Assembly: GCA_047947115.1 (NCBI GenBank)
Contig: CP170459.1
Span: 224,001 to 288,000 of the forward strand
Length of the DNA: 64,000 nt
Direction of reading: 5' to 3'
DNA from: Verrucomicrobiota bacterium
GTDB lineage: Bacteria > Verrucomicrobiota > Verrucomicrobiia > Limisphaerales > AAA164-E04
In this document: positions 1 through 9,283 of the stretch, one piece after another
Numbering within the stretch: the first letter of the stretch is position 1
Layout: every line of letters starts with the position of its first letter
Program-made: the position numbers and the translations under genes
Notes under the pieces: generated by a model
What the model saw: the letters and a program-made list of their open reading frames with translations, nothing else
Database searches by the model: none
Told to the model about the DNA's origin: nothing

Positions 1-47
1 CTCCAGAGTCTCCCGTTTCGTGAAACATTTGTCAGAGGCGAATCGTT

Positions 48-1631
48 ATGAAATACCGAATTCATCGACGCACATTTTTGAGAGGTGCCGCGGGCGCGTT
101 GTTGCCGCTGCCCTGGTTGAACCTCATGGAAGCTTCGGCAAAGACCACTGCATCGGAGAGGCCGCCCCTGCGGTTCATGACTCTCTTCAAGCCAAACGGT
201 GTGCATCCGCCTTCATGGAATATCAATGGGGGAACCGAATTTGATTTCCGCATGTCCCCCCTGATGAAACCCTTCGAAAAACATCAGGAAGACCTGCTCA
301 TACTGGACAACATGGGAGACTTTGGCTTTTCCTCCCATGCGAGCTCCACCCGGCGTTTCCTCTCGGGCCACCACGAAAACAGCGAACAAGCATCCATCGA
401 CCAGCTCATCGCGGATAAAATCGGAAAGAACACCCGTCATCGCTCGCTGGAACTGACAACCGAAGGCTTGTTCCCCAATCAAATCGGCTGCAGCTACATT
501 TCCTACGATCACAAAGGCCAGCCCATCCCCCGGGAAAGCGACCCTCAACTGGTCTTTGATCGACTCTTTCGCAATCCACTGCAACACCCGCAAAAACGTC
601 GGGACATGGCCAGCTTGCTGGACCGTGTCAAGAACGATGCCAAAAGCCTGCAGCGCGAAGCAGGCTATGAGGACCAGGCCGTCCTCGATCAATACATGAC
701 CGTGGTTCGTGAAACAGAAAAGCGATTGGAAAACATGCAGGCTTCCGGAATTCCTGCCATCGAAATCACAGACGACCAACGCCCACCGCGCGCCTTGAAT
801 CTGAACGAACAGGTGGAATCGATGATCGATCTGATTTCACTCGCTCTATGGACAGATTCGACACGATGTGTTTCCTACATGCTTGGAAACAGCAACAGCC
901 GCATGATTTTCGATTTCCTCGGGGTCAAAGAACAACACCACTACCTCTCCCACTTCTTCCGCAACTTCAGCCGGTCCAACATCGATGGACTGCTGAAGAT
1001 CAGTCTTTGGCACATGGAGAAATTCGATTATCTTTTGACTCGATTAAAATCATATAAAGATCAACACGGTTCCCTGCTCGACCACACCTTGGTGCTTTTT
1101 GGTTCCGGAATGGGCCACAGCGACAACCATACCGTCAAACGCATCCCCATGGTGTTGGCTGGCGCCAGGGACCATTTGAAAACCGGCCGCTACCTGCGTT
1201 ACTCAGAAAACCAGGAACTCGGAAGGTTGCACCTGGCCATCATGCAGGCGTTCGGAGTGGAAGCCGAATCCTACGCAGGCGTCCACACTCCCCTCCCCGG
1301 TCTGGACGGATCACCGTTCGAAGCCTATCAGGAGCGCCCCTTCCAGAGCTGGGTCCGGCAGACCGGCAATCAGGTCACCGCCCAAGGACGGCTTCGCCTC
1401 TCTGAAGACCTCAACGAAGCCCGGATTTTCTACATCGACATAGAAAAACAACCGCCGGTAAAAATCGATGTCTCCTTCCGCGACTTCCATCACTTCAACC
1501 TGGCCTATCACTGCGGCACTCCAATCAAACTGACCGGTGAAACATCCGAGAAAGACGGTCAGACGGTTGTTACCAAGATCGCATCGATTACATCCTTGTT
1601 CGGCAAAACCCCCGGCACATTGAACGGGTGA
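48..1631 (+). CDS. DUF1552 domain-containing protein with a C-terminal extension
   Basis: Tat-like N-terminus HRRTFLRGAAGALLPLPWL; motifs PNGV, SIDQLIA, SLEL, LLDHTLVLFGSGM and PMVLAG typical of DUF1552; about 110 extra C-terminal residues. Confidence 0.85.
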   Translation: MKYRIHRRTFLRGAAGALLPLPWLNLMEASAKTTASERPPLRFMTLFKPNGVHPPSWNINGGTEFDFRMSPLMKPFEKHQEDLLILDNMGDFGFSSHASSTRRFLSGHHENSEQASIDQLIADKIGKNTRHRSLELTTEGLFPNQIGCSYISYDHKGQPIPRESDPQLVFDRLFRNPLQHPQKRRDMASLLDRVKNDAKSLQREAGYEDQAVLDQYMTVVRETEKRLENMQASGIPAIEITDDQRPPRALNLNEQVESMIDLISLALWTDSTRCVSYMLGNSNSRMIFDFLGVKEQHHYLSHFFRNFSRSNIDGLLKISLWHMEKFDYLLTRLKSYKDQHGSLLDHTLVLFGSGMGHSDNHTVKRIPMVLAGARDHLKTGRYLRYSENQELGRLHLAIMQAFGVEAESYAGVHTPLPGLDGSPFEAYQERPFQSWVRQTGNQVTAQGRLRLSEDLNEARIFYIDIEKQPPVKIDVSFRDFHHFNLAYHCGTPIKLTGETSEKDGQTVVTKIASITSLFGKTPGTLNG

Positions 1632-1706
1632 TGAGTGCGGTGCGCAGCGCCGCTGTGGATACGGCTCGAAATCCATAGAAAAAAATTTCACATCCAACCG
1701 CTCTCC

Positions 1707-2186
1707 CGCAGGTAGAACGTGCCGTCCCTGGCGCGTCCCTTGTGGCATGCGGATTAATATCAGCTTTTTTTTCGGGAAGCCTGCGGTTCTCAACAGTCCA
1801 TGTCCCTTCCCGAACACGCACAAGAGGCTGTTGCGGATTGATTACGCCAGGGTCTTCCTTTGGTGAACCAATTTGAAAAGGAATACCACAAGGGGCGGAC
1901 CGGACGGTCCGATCTACCCGTACGGCCACCACAGGTAGAACGTGCCGTCCCTGGCGCGTCCATTATGGCATGCGGATTAATATCAGCTTTTTTTCGGGAA
2001 GCCTGCGGTTCTCAACAGTTCGTGTCCCTTCCCGAACACGCACAAGAGGGTGTTGCGGATTGATTACGCCAGGGTCTTCCTTTGGTGAACCAATTTGAAA
2101 AGGAATACCACAAGGGGCGGACCGGGACGGTCCGATCTACCCGCACGGCCACCACAGGTGGAACGTGCCGTCCCTGGCGCGTCCCT
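1707..2186. repeat. Tandem array of a 223-bp GTAG-type REP doublet (REPIN-like): two full units plus a partial third
   Basis: CAGGT(A/G)GAACGTGCCGTCCCTGGCGCGTCC begins at 1709, 1932 and 2155 (period 223); each full unit ends in the inverted REP AAGGGGCGGACCGG(G)ACGGTCCGATCTACC. Confidence 0.9.
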
Positions 2187-2360
2187 CGCGGCTCCGCCAA
2201 AAAAGACGCCCTCGGCTTCGTCGAAACATTTGAGAAAGGAATGTTGCCCATAGTGCCATTTGCCGGTCGCAAAGGTCTTGTATCCGGCCCGTCGAAACAC
2301 TTCCGGCATGAGGGTTCCTGACTCCAATTGCATTGGTGCCCGAATCAGGGACTTCCTACT
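2187..2360 (-). pseudogene. Sulfatase gene fragment
   Basis: ORF 2064..2399 contains LMPEVFRRAGYKTFATGKWH (sulfatase GYxTxxxGKWH signature); no CxPxR motif; cut by the REP at 2186. Confidence 0.7.
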
Positions 2361-2397
2361 TTCCTTGTCAGCAAAGAGATCGTAGGATGCCGGCAAC

Positions 2398-3102
2398 ATG
2401 GTCCCCCGTCACAAAACCAGCTACGTATGGGCGTTTACCTTGGTCGAGTTATTGGTCGTGATCGCCATTATTGCCATCCTTGCCGGCATGTTGCTGCCGG
2501 CCTTGAGCAAGGCAAAGTCAAAAGCCAACACTGTTCGCTGTGTTTCCAATCTGAGACAGATTGGCCTCACCATGTCCATGTACACTGGAGATCATGAAGA
2601 AAAATTCCCCTTCTCAGGCAGACAATGGCCACACATGCCATTGGTGGATTTGATAACGCTCTTCAATCCCTATATCAGCATCAATGCGCGTGCATTCTAC
2701 CACTGCCCGGCCGACAAACCACCCGCATGGAACATCGCATGGGCCACTGATAACGGAGCTGGTGCCGGAATCAACACGAATCAACTTCCCTTTCCGAATT
2801 CTTATTACTACTACCATCAATTCTACAACGAAGACAAAATCCCCAACCCGAAACTCATGCAGCGACGGACACCGGAAGTGGCATTCACATCGCAGAAAGC
2901 CATCATGTCCTGTTTTGCCGAGCCACAGTTGGGGCAAATCTCTAACCCGAACCTCGGCCACGGCGACAAAGGATTTCCCCTGCTGTTTGTCGATGGACAT
3001 TCCGGATTCATTGCCTACCAAAAGTTGAACAAATCCGGCGCTTACGGCGATTACAATCTGGACTGGACCAAGGACGGGCTAAAGGGACAGGACTTGAAGT
3101 AA
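2398..3102 (+). CDS. Prepilin-type N-terminal cleavage/methylation domain protein (pseudopilin, H-X9-DG C-terminus)
   Basis: [38 protein letters not shown], and [14 protein letters not shown]. Confidence 0.9.
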   Translation: MVPRHKTSYVWAFTLVELLVVIAIIAILAGMLLPALSKAKSKANTVRCVSNLRQIGLTMSMYTGDHEEKFPFSGRQWPHMPLVDLITLFNPYISINARAFYHCPADKPPAWNIAWATDNGAGAGINTNQLPFPNSYYYYHQFYNEDKIPNPKLMQRRTPEVAFTSQKAIMSCFAEPQLGQISNPNLGHGDKGFPLLFVDGHSGFIAYQKLNKSGAYGDYNLDWTKDGLKGQDLK

Positions 3103-3152
3103 CACGATCCACCTGCATCATACACTCTTCAAAATGCGTTGTATGGACTTCC

Positions 3153-3275
3153 GCAGGTAGAGCGGATCGTCTTGATGCGGTCGTGGGGCATCCAATGCCC
3201 CGGGGTTTTCCTTTGCCCGGCAATCTTGAACAAGCCCACCACAAGGCACGCGGCGGGACACCACGTTCTACCTGC
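3153..3275. repeat. GTAG-type REP doublet of the same family as 1707-2186
   Basis: Left end GCAGGTAGAGCGG; right end reverse complement GCAGGTAGAACGTGGTGTCCCGCCGCGTGCCTTGTGG. Confidence 0.7.
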
Positions 3276-3285
3276 AACAATGCAC

Positions 3286-3320
3286 AAAAAAAACGCCCAT
3301 CCATGACGGACGGGCGTTTT
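3286..3320. terminator. Bidirectional rho-independent terminator
   Basis: A8-CGCCCATCC-ATGAC-GGACGGGCG-T4 between the convergent pseudopilin and dxs genes. Confidence 0.75.
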
Positions 3321-3345
3321 GTGTGATTCAATTCGTTACGGACAA

Positions 3346-5331
3346 TTACTTCGCAACGGCATTGGCGCTCGTGGCTGCCGAGGAAACCGGGCAGGCCTCA
3401 AGGGCTCGACGGACGGTCTCCTCAACGGTCAATCCGTATTTGTTCCGAAGATAGGAAACGGAGGTCGCATGCTCAATAAACTGATCCGGCCAACCGACAC
3501 GCATCACGGGAGTGGTTACACCCTTGTCTCCGAAGAGTTCCATCACGGATGAACCATATCCACCGGGGAGATTATGATCTTCCAAGGTAATGACCAAATC
3601 CGCTGCCTGTCCGTAGAAAAGGGTAGTGGCCTCATCAATGGGTTTGGTGAAACGGGGATTGATTACCGCCACATCGTAGTTCTTTTCGGCAAGGATGTCC
3701 GCCGCTTCACGTGCCATGGAGTTGAGGTTGCCCAGACCGAACAAGGCAATTTTTGGACGATCATTGTTCTCAAAATTCCGGATCACTTCTGCCTTGCCGA
3801 TTTCCAACATCTTAGGCTCTTCCTTCATCTCGACGCCTTCGGCCGCGCCGCGCGGGTAACGGATAAAGGTCGGATGTTTCGTATGCGTGCAAGTGAACAT
3901 CATGTCAGCCAACTCGTCCTCATCCTTGGGAGCCATGGCAATGATGTTCGGCACACAACGCAGATAAGCGATGTCGAACAATCCATGGTGTGTCGGACCA
4001 TCCTGCGCTGAAAGTCCTGCTCGATCCATACAAAAAATGACAGGCAAATCCTGCAAAGCAGCATCGTGAACGATGCAGTCAAATGCCCGCTGCATGAAGG
4101 AACTGTAAATGGCAACCACCGGGTGCAATCCCATCGTGGCCATGCCGCATGCAAAGATCACCCCGTGCTCTTCGGCAATACCGACGTCATAATAACGTTC
4201 AGGCATGGCCTGCTCGAGGTGTTTGAGCCCGGTCCCGGTCGGCATGGCCGCGGTGATGCCCACCAAGGTGCTGTTTTTCTTGCAAAGTTTGACGAGCGTT
4301 TTTCCAAACACGTCCTGCCAGGCGGGTGGTCCGCTCTCGCCCTTGATGGCTGCGCCTGTCTTGATGTCGTAAGGCCCCACTCCGTGCAGTTTCTCAGGGT
4401 GGTTGACCGCTGCATCATAGCCTTTGCCTTTCTGGGTCATGACGTGCAACACAATAGGTTGGTCGCAGGTCTTGGCAAACTCCAGGGCACCAATCAACAT
4501 CGGCAGATTGTGCCCGTCAATCGGACCAAGGTAGCGCAGTCCCATTTCTTCAAAAATCAGGCTGCTCCCGAAACCTCCGCGGCCGTCGGCATCCACCTTG
4601 GATGTGGACTCTTCAAGGACCAGGTTGGAGACGGCTCCCTTGAGCACTTCCTCAGCTTTGTGACCGAGCTTGAGGGCCAGTTCACCCTTGGGCATTTTCT
4701 TGAGCAATCGCTGGAAGTCTTTCTGCAGGCGATTGTAGGAAGGATGGGTAATGAGCTTATTCAGGTAACTGGCGATGGCTCCGACATTCTTTGCAATCGA
4801 CCATTCGTTGTCGTTCAGGATCCCGATAAATTTTTTGGTGGAATGCCCGATGTTGTTGAGAGCCTCAAAGGAAATCCCGTTGGTCAAGGCTGCGTCTCCA
4901 AAAATCGCCACCACGTTTTCATCGCTGCCACGTTGGTCACGTGCCACGGCAATCCCCAATGCTGCCGAGAGGGCGGTGCCGGCGTGGGCCGCTCCATAGC
5001 AGTCGTGCTCACTCTCGGTTCGCAGGGCAAACCCATTGAGACCATCCGTCGTCCGGATGGTGTCAAACCGGTCTTTGCGTCCCGTAAATAGTTTATGCAC
5101 ATAAGTTTGATGACTCACGTCCCACACAAACTTATCGTGAGGGGTGCTAAAGCAACGATGCAGGGCGATCGTCAATTCCACCACGCCGAGGTTCGGGCCT
5201 AAATGACCACCGTGTTTGGCTAAACTGTGAATCAATTCCTGACGAACGTCATCCGCCAGGCTCTGCAATTGATCCAAAGTCAGTTTCTTAACGTGCTCCG
5301 GGCTGTCTACCATGTCCAAGTAACGACTCAT
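3346..5331 (-). CDS. dxs: 1-deoxy-D-xylulose-5-phosphate synthase
   Basis: GGHLGPNLGVVELTIALH, WDVSHQTYVHK, GDAALTNG, DVGIAEEH, DGPTHHG; start moved to ATG 5331 (MSRYLDMV). Confidence 0.97.
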   Translation of the reverse strand: MSRYLDMVDSPEHVKKLTLDQLQSLADDVRQELIHSLAKHGGHLGPNLGVVELTIALHRCFSTPHDKFVWDVSHQTYVHKLFTGRKDRFDTIRTTDGLNGFALRTESEHDCYGAAHAGTALSAALGIAVARDQRGSDENVVAIFGDAALTNGISFEALNNIGHSTKKFIGILNDNEWSIAKNVGAIASYLNKLITHPSYNRLQKDFQRLLKKMPKGELALKLGHKAEEVLKGAVSNLVLEESTSKVDADGRGGFGSSLIFEEMGLRYLGPIDGHNLPMLIGALEFAKTCDQPIVLHVMTQKGKGYDAAVNHPEKLHGVGPYDIKTGAAIKGESGPPAWQDVFGKTLVKLCKKNSTLVGITAAMPTGTGLKHLEQAMPERYYDVGIAEEHGVIFACGMATMGLHPVVAIYSSFMQRAFDCIVHDAALQDLPVIFCMDRAGLSAQDGPTHHGLFDIAYLRCVPNIIAMAPKDEDELADMMFTCTHTKHPTFIRYPRGAAEGVEMKEEPKMLEIGKAEVIRNFENNDRPKIALFGLGNLNSMAREAADILAEKNYDVAVINPRFTKPIDEATTLFYGQAADLVITLEDHNLPGGYGSSVMELFGDKGVTTPVMRVGWPDQFIEHATSVSYLRNKYGLTVEETVRRALEACPVSSAATSANAVAK

Positions 5332-5357
5332 ATACGACTCAATTTCAAAGTGGGTGA

Positions 5358-5636
5358 TTATTCGGAATCTTCTTCCAGTGTCAATGGTTTGAGACCGAAT
5401 TCGCCGTCTCCCTTTTTCTCCAATTGCTGAATCCGATCCTCCGCCAACTGCAGCTTTTTCTGACAAACCTGCTGAAGCTGAACGCCTTTCTCATGAAATT
5501 CGAGTAATTTTTCCAGGGGCAATGACTCGTTTTCCATGGCATCCACAATCGTTTCCAGCTGATTCAACGCGTCCTCGAATGATAGTTCATCCAGGGCTTC
5601 CGTCTCTTTTTCCTTCGTTTTGGGTGCTTTGGCCAC
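5358..5636 (-). CDS. xseB: Exodeoxyribonuclease VII small subunit
   Basis: SFEDALNQLETIVDAME...LPLEKLLEFHEKGVQL...CQKKL; directly upstream of dxs. Confidence 0.93.
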   Translation of the reverse strand: MAKAPKTKEKETEALDELSFEDALNQLETIVDAMENESLPLEKLLEFHEKGVQLQQVCQKKLQLAEDRIQQLEKKGDGEFGLKPLTLEEDSE

Positions 5637-5747
5637 AGGCGGACCCTATCTCAGAACACCGTTGCCGTCCACCAAGTTTCTACATAGTGAATATTCCTTT
5701 CTCATTGCCTGTCGAACGAACTTGAGGCAGTTTGAGGCAGATTCCAG

Positions 5748-8700
5748 ATGATTTTAAACATGAGGTTCCAAACAACATGTCAGTCGGTCTTCAGGGATTC
5801 ATGGTCTTTCGGGACGTGGATCCTTGGATTGCTGTCGGTGGGGCAAGTGGCCCTGTCGGCGGAAACGAAGATCGAGTTCAATCGCGACATCCGACCCATC
5901 CTTTCCGGCAATTGCTATGAATGCCACGGTCCGGACGCCGCCCAACGCAAGGGTGGCAACGATGGATTACGCCTGGACACCCAAGCCGGAGCGTTCGAGG
6001 ATCTAGGGGGTGGCGCCGCCATCTTACCGGGAGATCCGGAAGCCAGCCTCCTCATTCAACGCATCATTACGCAGGATCCGGATGACAAGATGCCCCCGCC
6101 CGAATCCGGCAAGCAAATCAGTGATGCTGAACTCGACGCCCTCAAAGAGTGGATCCAACAAGGCGCCCCCTACCAGGGCCATTGGGCCTATGAAGTTCCC
6201 AAACGGCCACAGCCTCCCGAACCAGTGAGCAACTCTTCAAAAGTGGTCAATGCCATCGATCAATTCATCCTGGCAGCGGCACAGAAAGAAGGACTGCAAC
6301 AATCACCTCAAGCCGAACGCTACGCACTGGCCCGCAGAGCGGCACTGGACCTCACCGGCCTGCCTCCTACGGTTGAGGAGGCTGATGCCTTCGCGGCAGA
6401 CACCGATGTACAGGCGTATGAAAAATACATCGACCACCTTTTGGAAAAGGACGCATTCGGGGAACACTGGGCCAGGGCTTGGCTGGACCAGGCCCGCTAT
6501 GCGGATTCGGCGGGATATGCCGACGACCCTCCCCGCACCATCTGGGGCTACCGGGATTATGTCATCCAGTCCTTCAATAAAAACAAACCCTTCGATCAAT
6601 TCACCATCGAACAACTCGCCGGGGATTTGCTGGAAAACCCGGGCGACGAGCAATTGGTCGCCACCGCGTTCCACCGCAACACCATGACCAACAGCGAAGG
6701 AGGAACAGATGATGAAGAGTTTCGCAATGTCGCCGTCGTGGATCGCGTGACGACAACCTGGGCGGTCTGGATGGGCACCACCATGACTTGTGCCCAATGC
6801 CACAACCACAAATACGACCCCATTTCCCAGGAAGATTTTTTCAAGTTCTTTGCGCTCCTCAACCAGACAGCGGATGCAGATCGACGCGATGAACGACCGC
6901 TCGTCGAACTTTTCACCGAGGAACAAAAGGCCCATCGCAAGTCTTTGGAATCCGGACGCGAACAGCTGAAAGAGATCCTGGCCACCCCAACCGCCGAACT
7001 TCTCACAGCCAAACGCGAATGGGAAACAATGCTTGGAACTCCCCCGAATTGGCACCCCTTGCCCCCTTCCAACATGTCTTCTTCGAACGGGACGCAACTT
7101 TCCCAAGGAGCCCATTCAGTGATCACAGCTAAAAACGGCAAAGGAAACGACCGTTACACAATCGAATTCACCTTCGAAAAGGACAGCACATTCACCGGAC
7201 TGAAGCTCGAAGCGCTGACGGATGCAACCTTGCCAAAGCAGGGCCCTGGCATGTCGGATGGACAATTTGTCCTGACCGATTTGAACGCAAAAATCATCCC
7301 GCCTTCCGGCACCAGCATGCAGGGACAATTCGTTCGGGTAAGTCTGAAAGGCGGCAACAAGATCCTGTCACTGGCTGAAGTCCAGGTATTCCAAGGTGAA
7401 GAGAACCTGGCTCGCAAGGGCAAAGCCACTCAAAGCACCACCGATTTCGGCGGGCCGCCCGAATTGGCCATTGACGGCAACACCAACGGTCATTTCAGTG
7501 AAGCCAAGAGCACCACGCACACTTCCATATCTTCCGATCCCTGGTGGGAACTGGATCTCGGAAAGTCTCAGTCCATCGACCGCATTGCCATCTGGAATCG
7601 AACGGATGGCAATATCCAAGACCGCCTGAACGGAGCACTCGTCGAACTGTTGGATGCGGATCGAAAAGTGGTCTGGACTAAAACGCTCAACCCTGCCCCT
7701 GAAGTCAGTGCGGCGTTTGAGCTGGATGGGTCCCAATCCATTCAATTCAGTGCCGCACACGCCGATTTCTCACAATCAGGCTTGCACGCTTCCAATCTGA
7801 TCAAAAAGGAAAAATCAAACGGATGGGGCATCGCACCTCGTGTAGGGGAATCACATCAGTTGACCCTGCTCGCAGCATCCACTGCACAGATCCCTGCCGG
7901 AAGCCGCCTGTCCGTCGAGCTGGTGCATGAATCGGAACAAGACAACGCAAAACTGGGAGCCTTTCGACTATCCATGACCAGCGATTCACAGGCGGTCGAA
8001 CTGGCGCAGACTCCTTTGACGATTACCGGTCTGATCAATACCCCGCCAGAGGACCGAACGACCTCCGACGAAAAGCGTCTGGTGGACTATTACCTGACCA
8101 TCGCCCCAAGTCTCGATGACGAACGCAATCGACTGGCTGAAATCGAAAGGGAAATAAAGGAAATAAAACCCTACACCACCGTTCCGGTCCTTCAGGCGCT
8201 TGCCCCCGACAAACAACGTGAAACAAGAATTCAACGGAGAGGCAATTTTCTGGATCTGGGGGACTTGGTGGAACCGGGGTTGCCTGAGATCTTTGAACAA
8301 AACCTGGATCAAAAACCGACGGATCGCCTGAGCATGGCCCGCTGGTTGGTGAGCCGGGAAAATCCATTGACCGCTCGAGTCCTGGTCAATCGCATGTGGG
8401 AAAGCATGTTTGGAATCGGACTGGTCCGCAGCAGCGAAGAATTCGGAGCGCAAGGCGACCTGCCCTCGCATCCGGAACTGCTTGATTGGCTGGCTGTCGA
8501 GTTCATGGACAGTGGATGGGATTTCAAACACATGCTCAAACTAATGGTGACCTCTGCAACCTACCGCCAGAGTTCAAGGGTAACACCTGAACTGTTGGAA
8601 CAGGACCCGGACAACCGTTGGCTGGCTCGCGGCCCGAGGGTCCGTCTCTCGGCTGAATCGATTCGAGACCAGGCATTGTTCGTCAGTGGATTGCTCAGCG

Positions 8701-9260
8701 ACAAAATGTATGGATCCTCCGTCAACCCGCCTCAACCCGAAATGGGCTTGAACGCTGCGTTCGGCGGGAAGATAGACTGGAAAACCAGCGAAGGAGAGGA
8801 GAGATACCGACGCGGCCTCTACACCACCTGGCGGCGTTCGAACCCCTACCCCTCCATGGCAACGTTCGATGCGCCCAACCGCGAAGTCTGCATCCTGAAA
8901 CGCGACCGCAGCAACACACCGCTGCAGGCCCTGGTCACTTTGAATGATCCCGCGTTTGTGGAAACAGCACAGGCCCTGGCACGCCGCATGACCCAAGCCG
9001 CCTCGCATCCGGAAGGACGCGTCGAATACGGTTTCAGAACATGCCTGACCCGTTTACCATCGGAAGCGGAAAAACGTGAACTGCTGAAGCTCTACACCGA
9101 AGCATATGCTGCTTATGTGGACCAGCCGCAAGAAGCACGATTGATGATCGAAAAACCGCTTGGGGAAGCACCCGAAGGAGCAGACGTTCGCGAACTGGCC
9201 GCTTGGTCGGTCGTCGCCAACGTGCTGTTGAATCTGGACGAAACCCTGATGAAACGATAA
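5748..9260 (+). CDS. Planctomycete cytochrome c / DUF1549 / DUF1553 protein with an internal F5/8 type C (fucolectin-like) domain
   Basis: FNRDIRPILSGNCYECHG, WLDQARYADSAGY, CAQCHNHKYDP, PSHPELLDWLA, SNTPLQALVTLN; insert NLARKGKATQST...AIDGNT...PWWELDLG. Confidence 0.9.
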   Translation: MILNMRFQTTCQSVFRDSWSFGTWILGLLSVGQVALSAETKIEFNRDIRPILSGNCYECHGPDAAQRKGGNDGLRLDTQAGAFEDLGGGAAILPGDPEASLLIQRIITQDPDDKMPPPESGKQISDAELDALKEWIQQGAPYQGHWAYEVPKRPQPPEPVSNSSKVVNAIDQFILAAAQKEGLQQSPQAERYALARRAALDLTGLPPTVEEADAFAADTDVQAYEKYIDHLLEKDAFGEHWARAWLDQARYADSAGYADDPPRTIWGYRDYVIQSFNKNKPFDQFTIEQLAGDLLENPGDEQLVATAFHRNTMTNSEGGTDDEEFRNVAVVDRVTTTWAVWMGTTMTCAQCHNHKYDPISQEDFFKFFALLNQTADADRRDERPLVELFTEEQKAHRKSLESGREQLKEILATPTAELLTAKREWETMLGTPPNWHPLPPSNMSSSNGTQLSQGAHSVITAKNGKGNDRYTIEFTFEKDSTFTGLKLEALTDATLPKQGPGMSDGQFVLTDLNAKIIPPSGTSMQGQFVRVSLKGGNKILSLAEVQVFQGEENLARKGKATQSTTDFGGPPELAIDGNTNGHFSEAKSTTHTSISSDPWWELDLGKSQSIDRIAIWNRTDGNIQDRLNGALVELLDADRKVVWTKTLNPAPEVSAAFELDGSQSIQFSAAHADFSQSGLHASNLIKKEKSNGWGIAPRVGESHQLTLLAASTAQIPAGSRLSVELVHESEQDNAKLGAFRLSMTSDSQAVELAQTPLTITGLINTPPEDRTTSDEKRLVDYYLTIAPSLDDERNRLAEIEREIKEIKPYTTVPVLQALAPDKQRETRIQRRGNFLDLGDLVEPGLPEIFEQNLDQKPTDRLSMARWLVSRENPLTARVLVNRMWESMFGIGLVRSSEEFGAQGDLPSHPELLDWLAVEFMDSGWDFKHMLKLMVTSATYRQSSRVTPELLEQDPDNRWLARGPRVRLSAESIRDQALFVSGLLSDKMYGSSVNPPQPEMGLNAAFGGKIDWKTSEGEERYRRGLYTTWRRSNPYPSMATFDAPNREVCILKRDRSNTPLQALVTLNDPAFVETAQALARRMTQAASHPEGRVEYGFRTCLTRLPSEAEKRELLKLYTEAYAAYVDQPQEARLMIEKPLGEAPEGADVRELAAWSVVANVLLNLDETLMKR

Positions 9261-9283
9261 CCGAAAAACCTGATTTCAAACTT

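Noticed and set aside
1707..2186. Possible CRISPR array
   Set aside because: Sequences between the short repeats are about 190 bp and nearly identical to each other, not unique spacers; no cas genes in the window.
1588..2321. Short ORFs inside the tandem repeat (1588..1932, 1860..2063, 2012..2272, 2082..2321)
   Set aside because: They are translations of the REP doublet; the reading frame differs between copies because of indels.
5332..5466. 45-aa N-terminal extension of Dxs
   Set aside because: Overlaps xseB; family similarity starts at ATG 5331.
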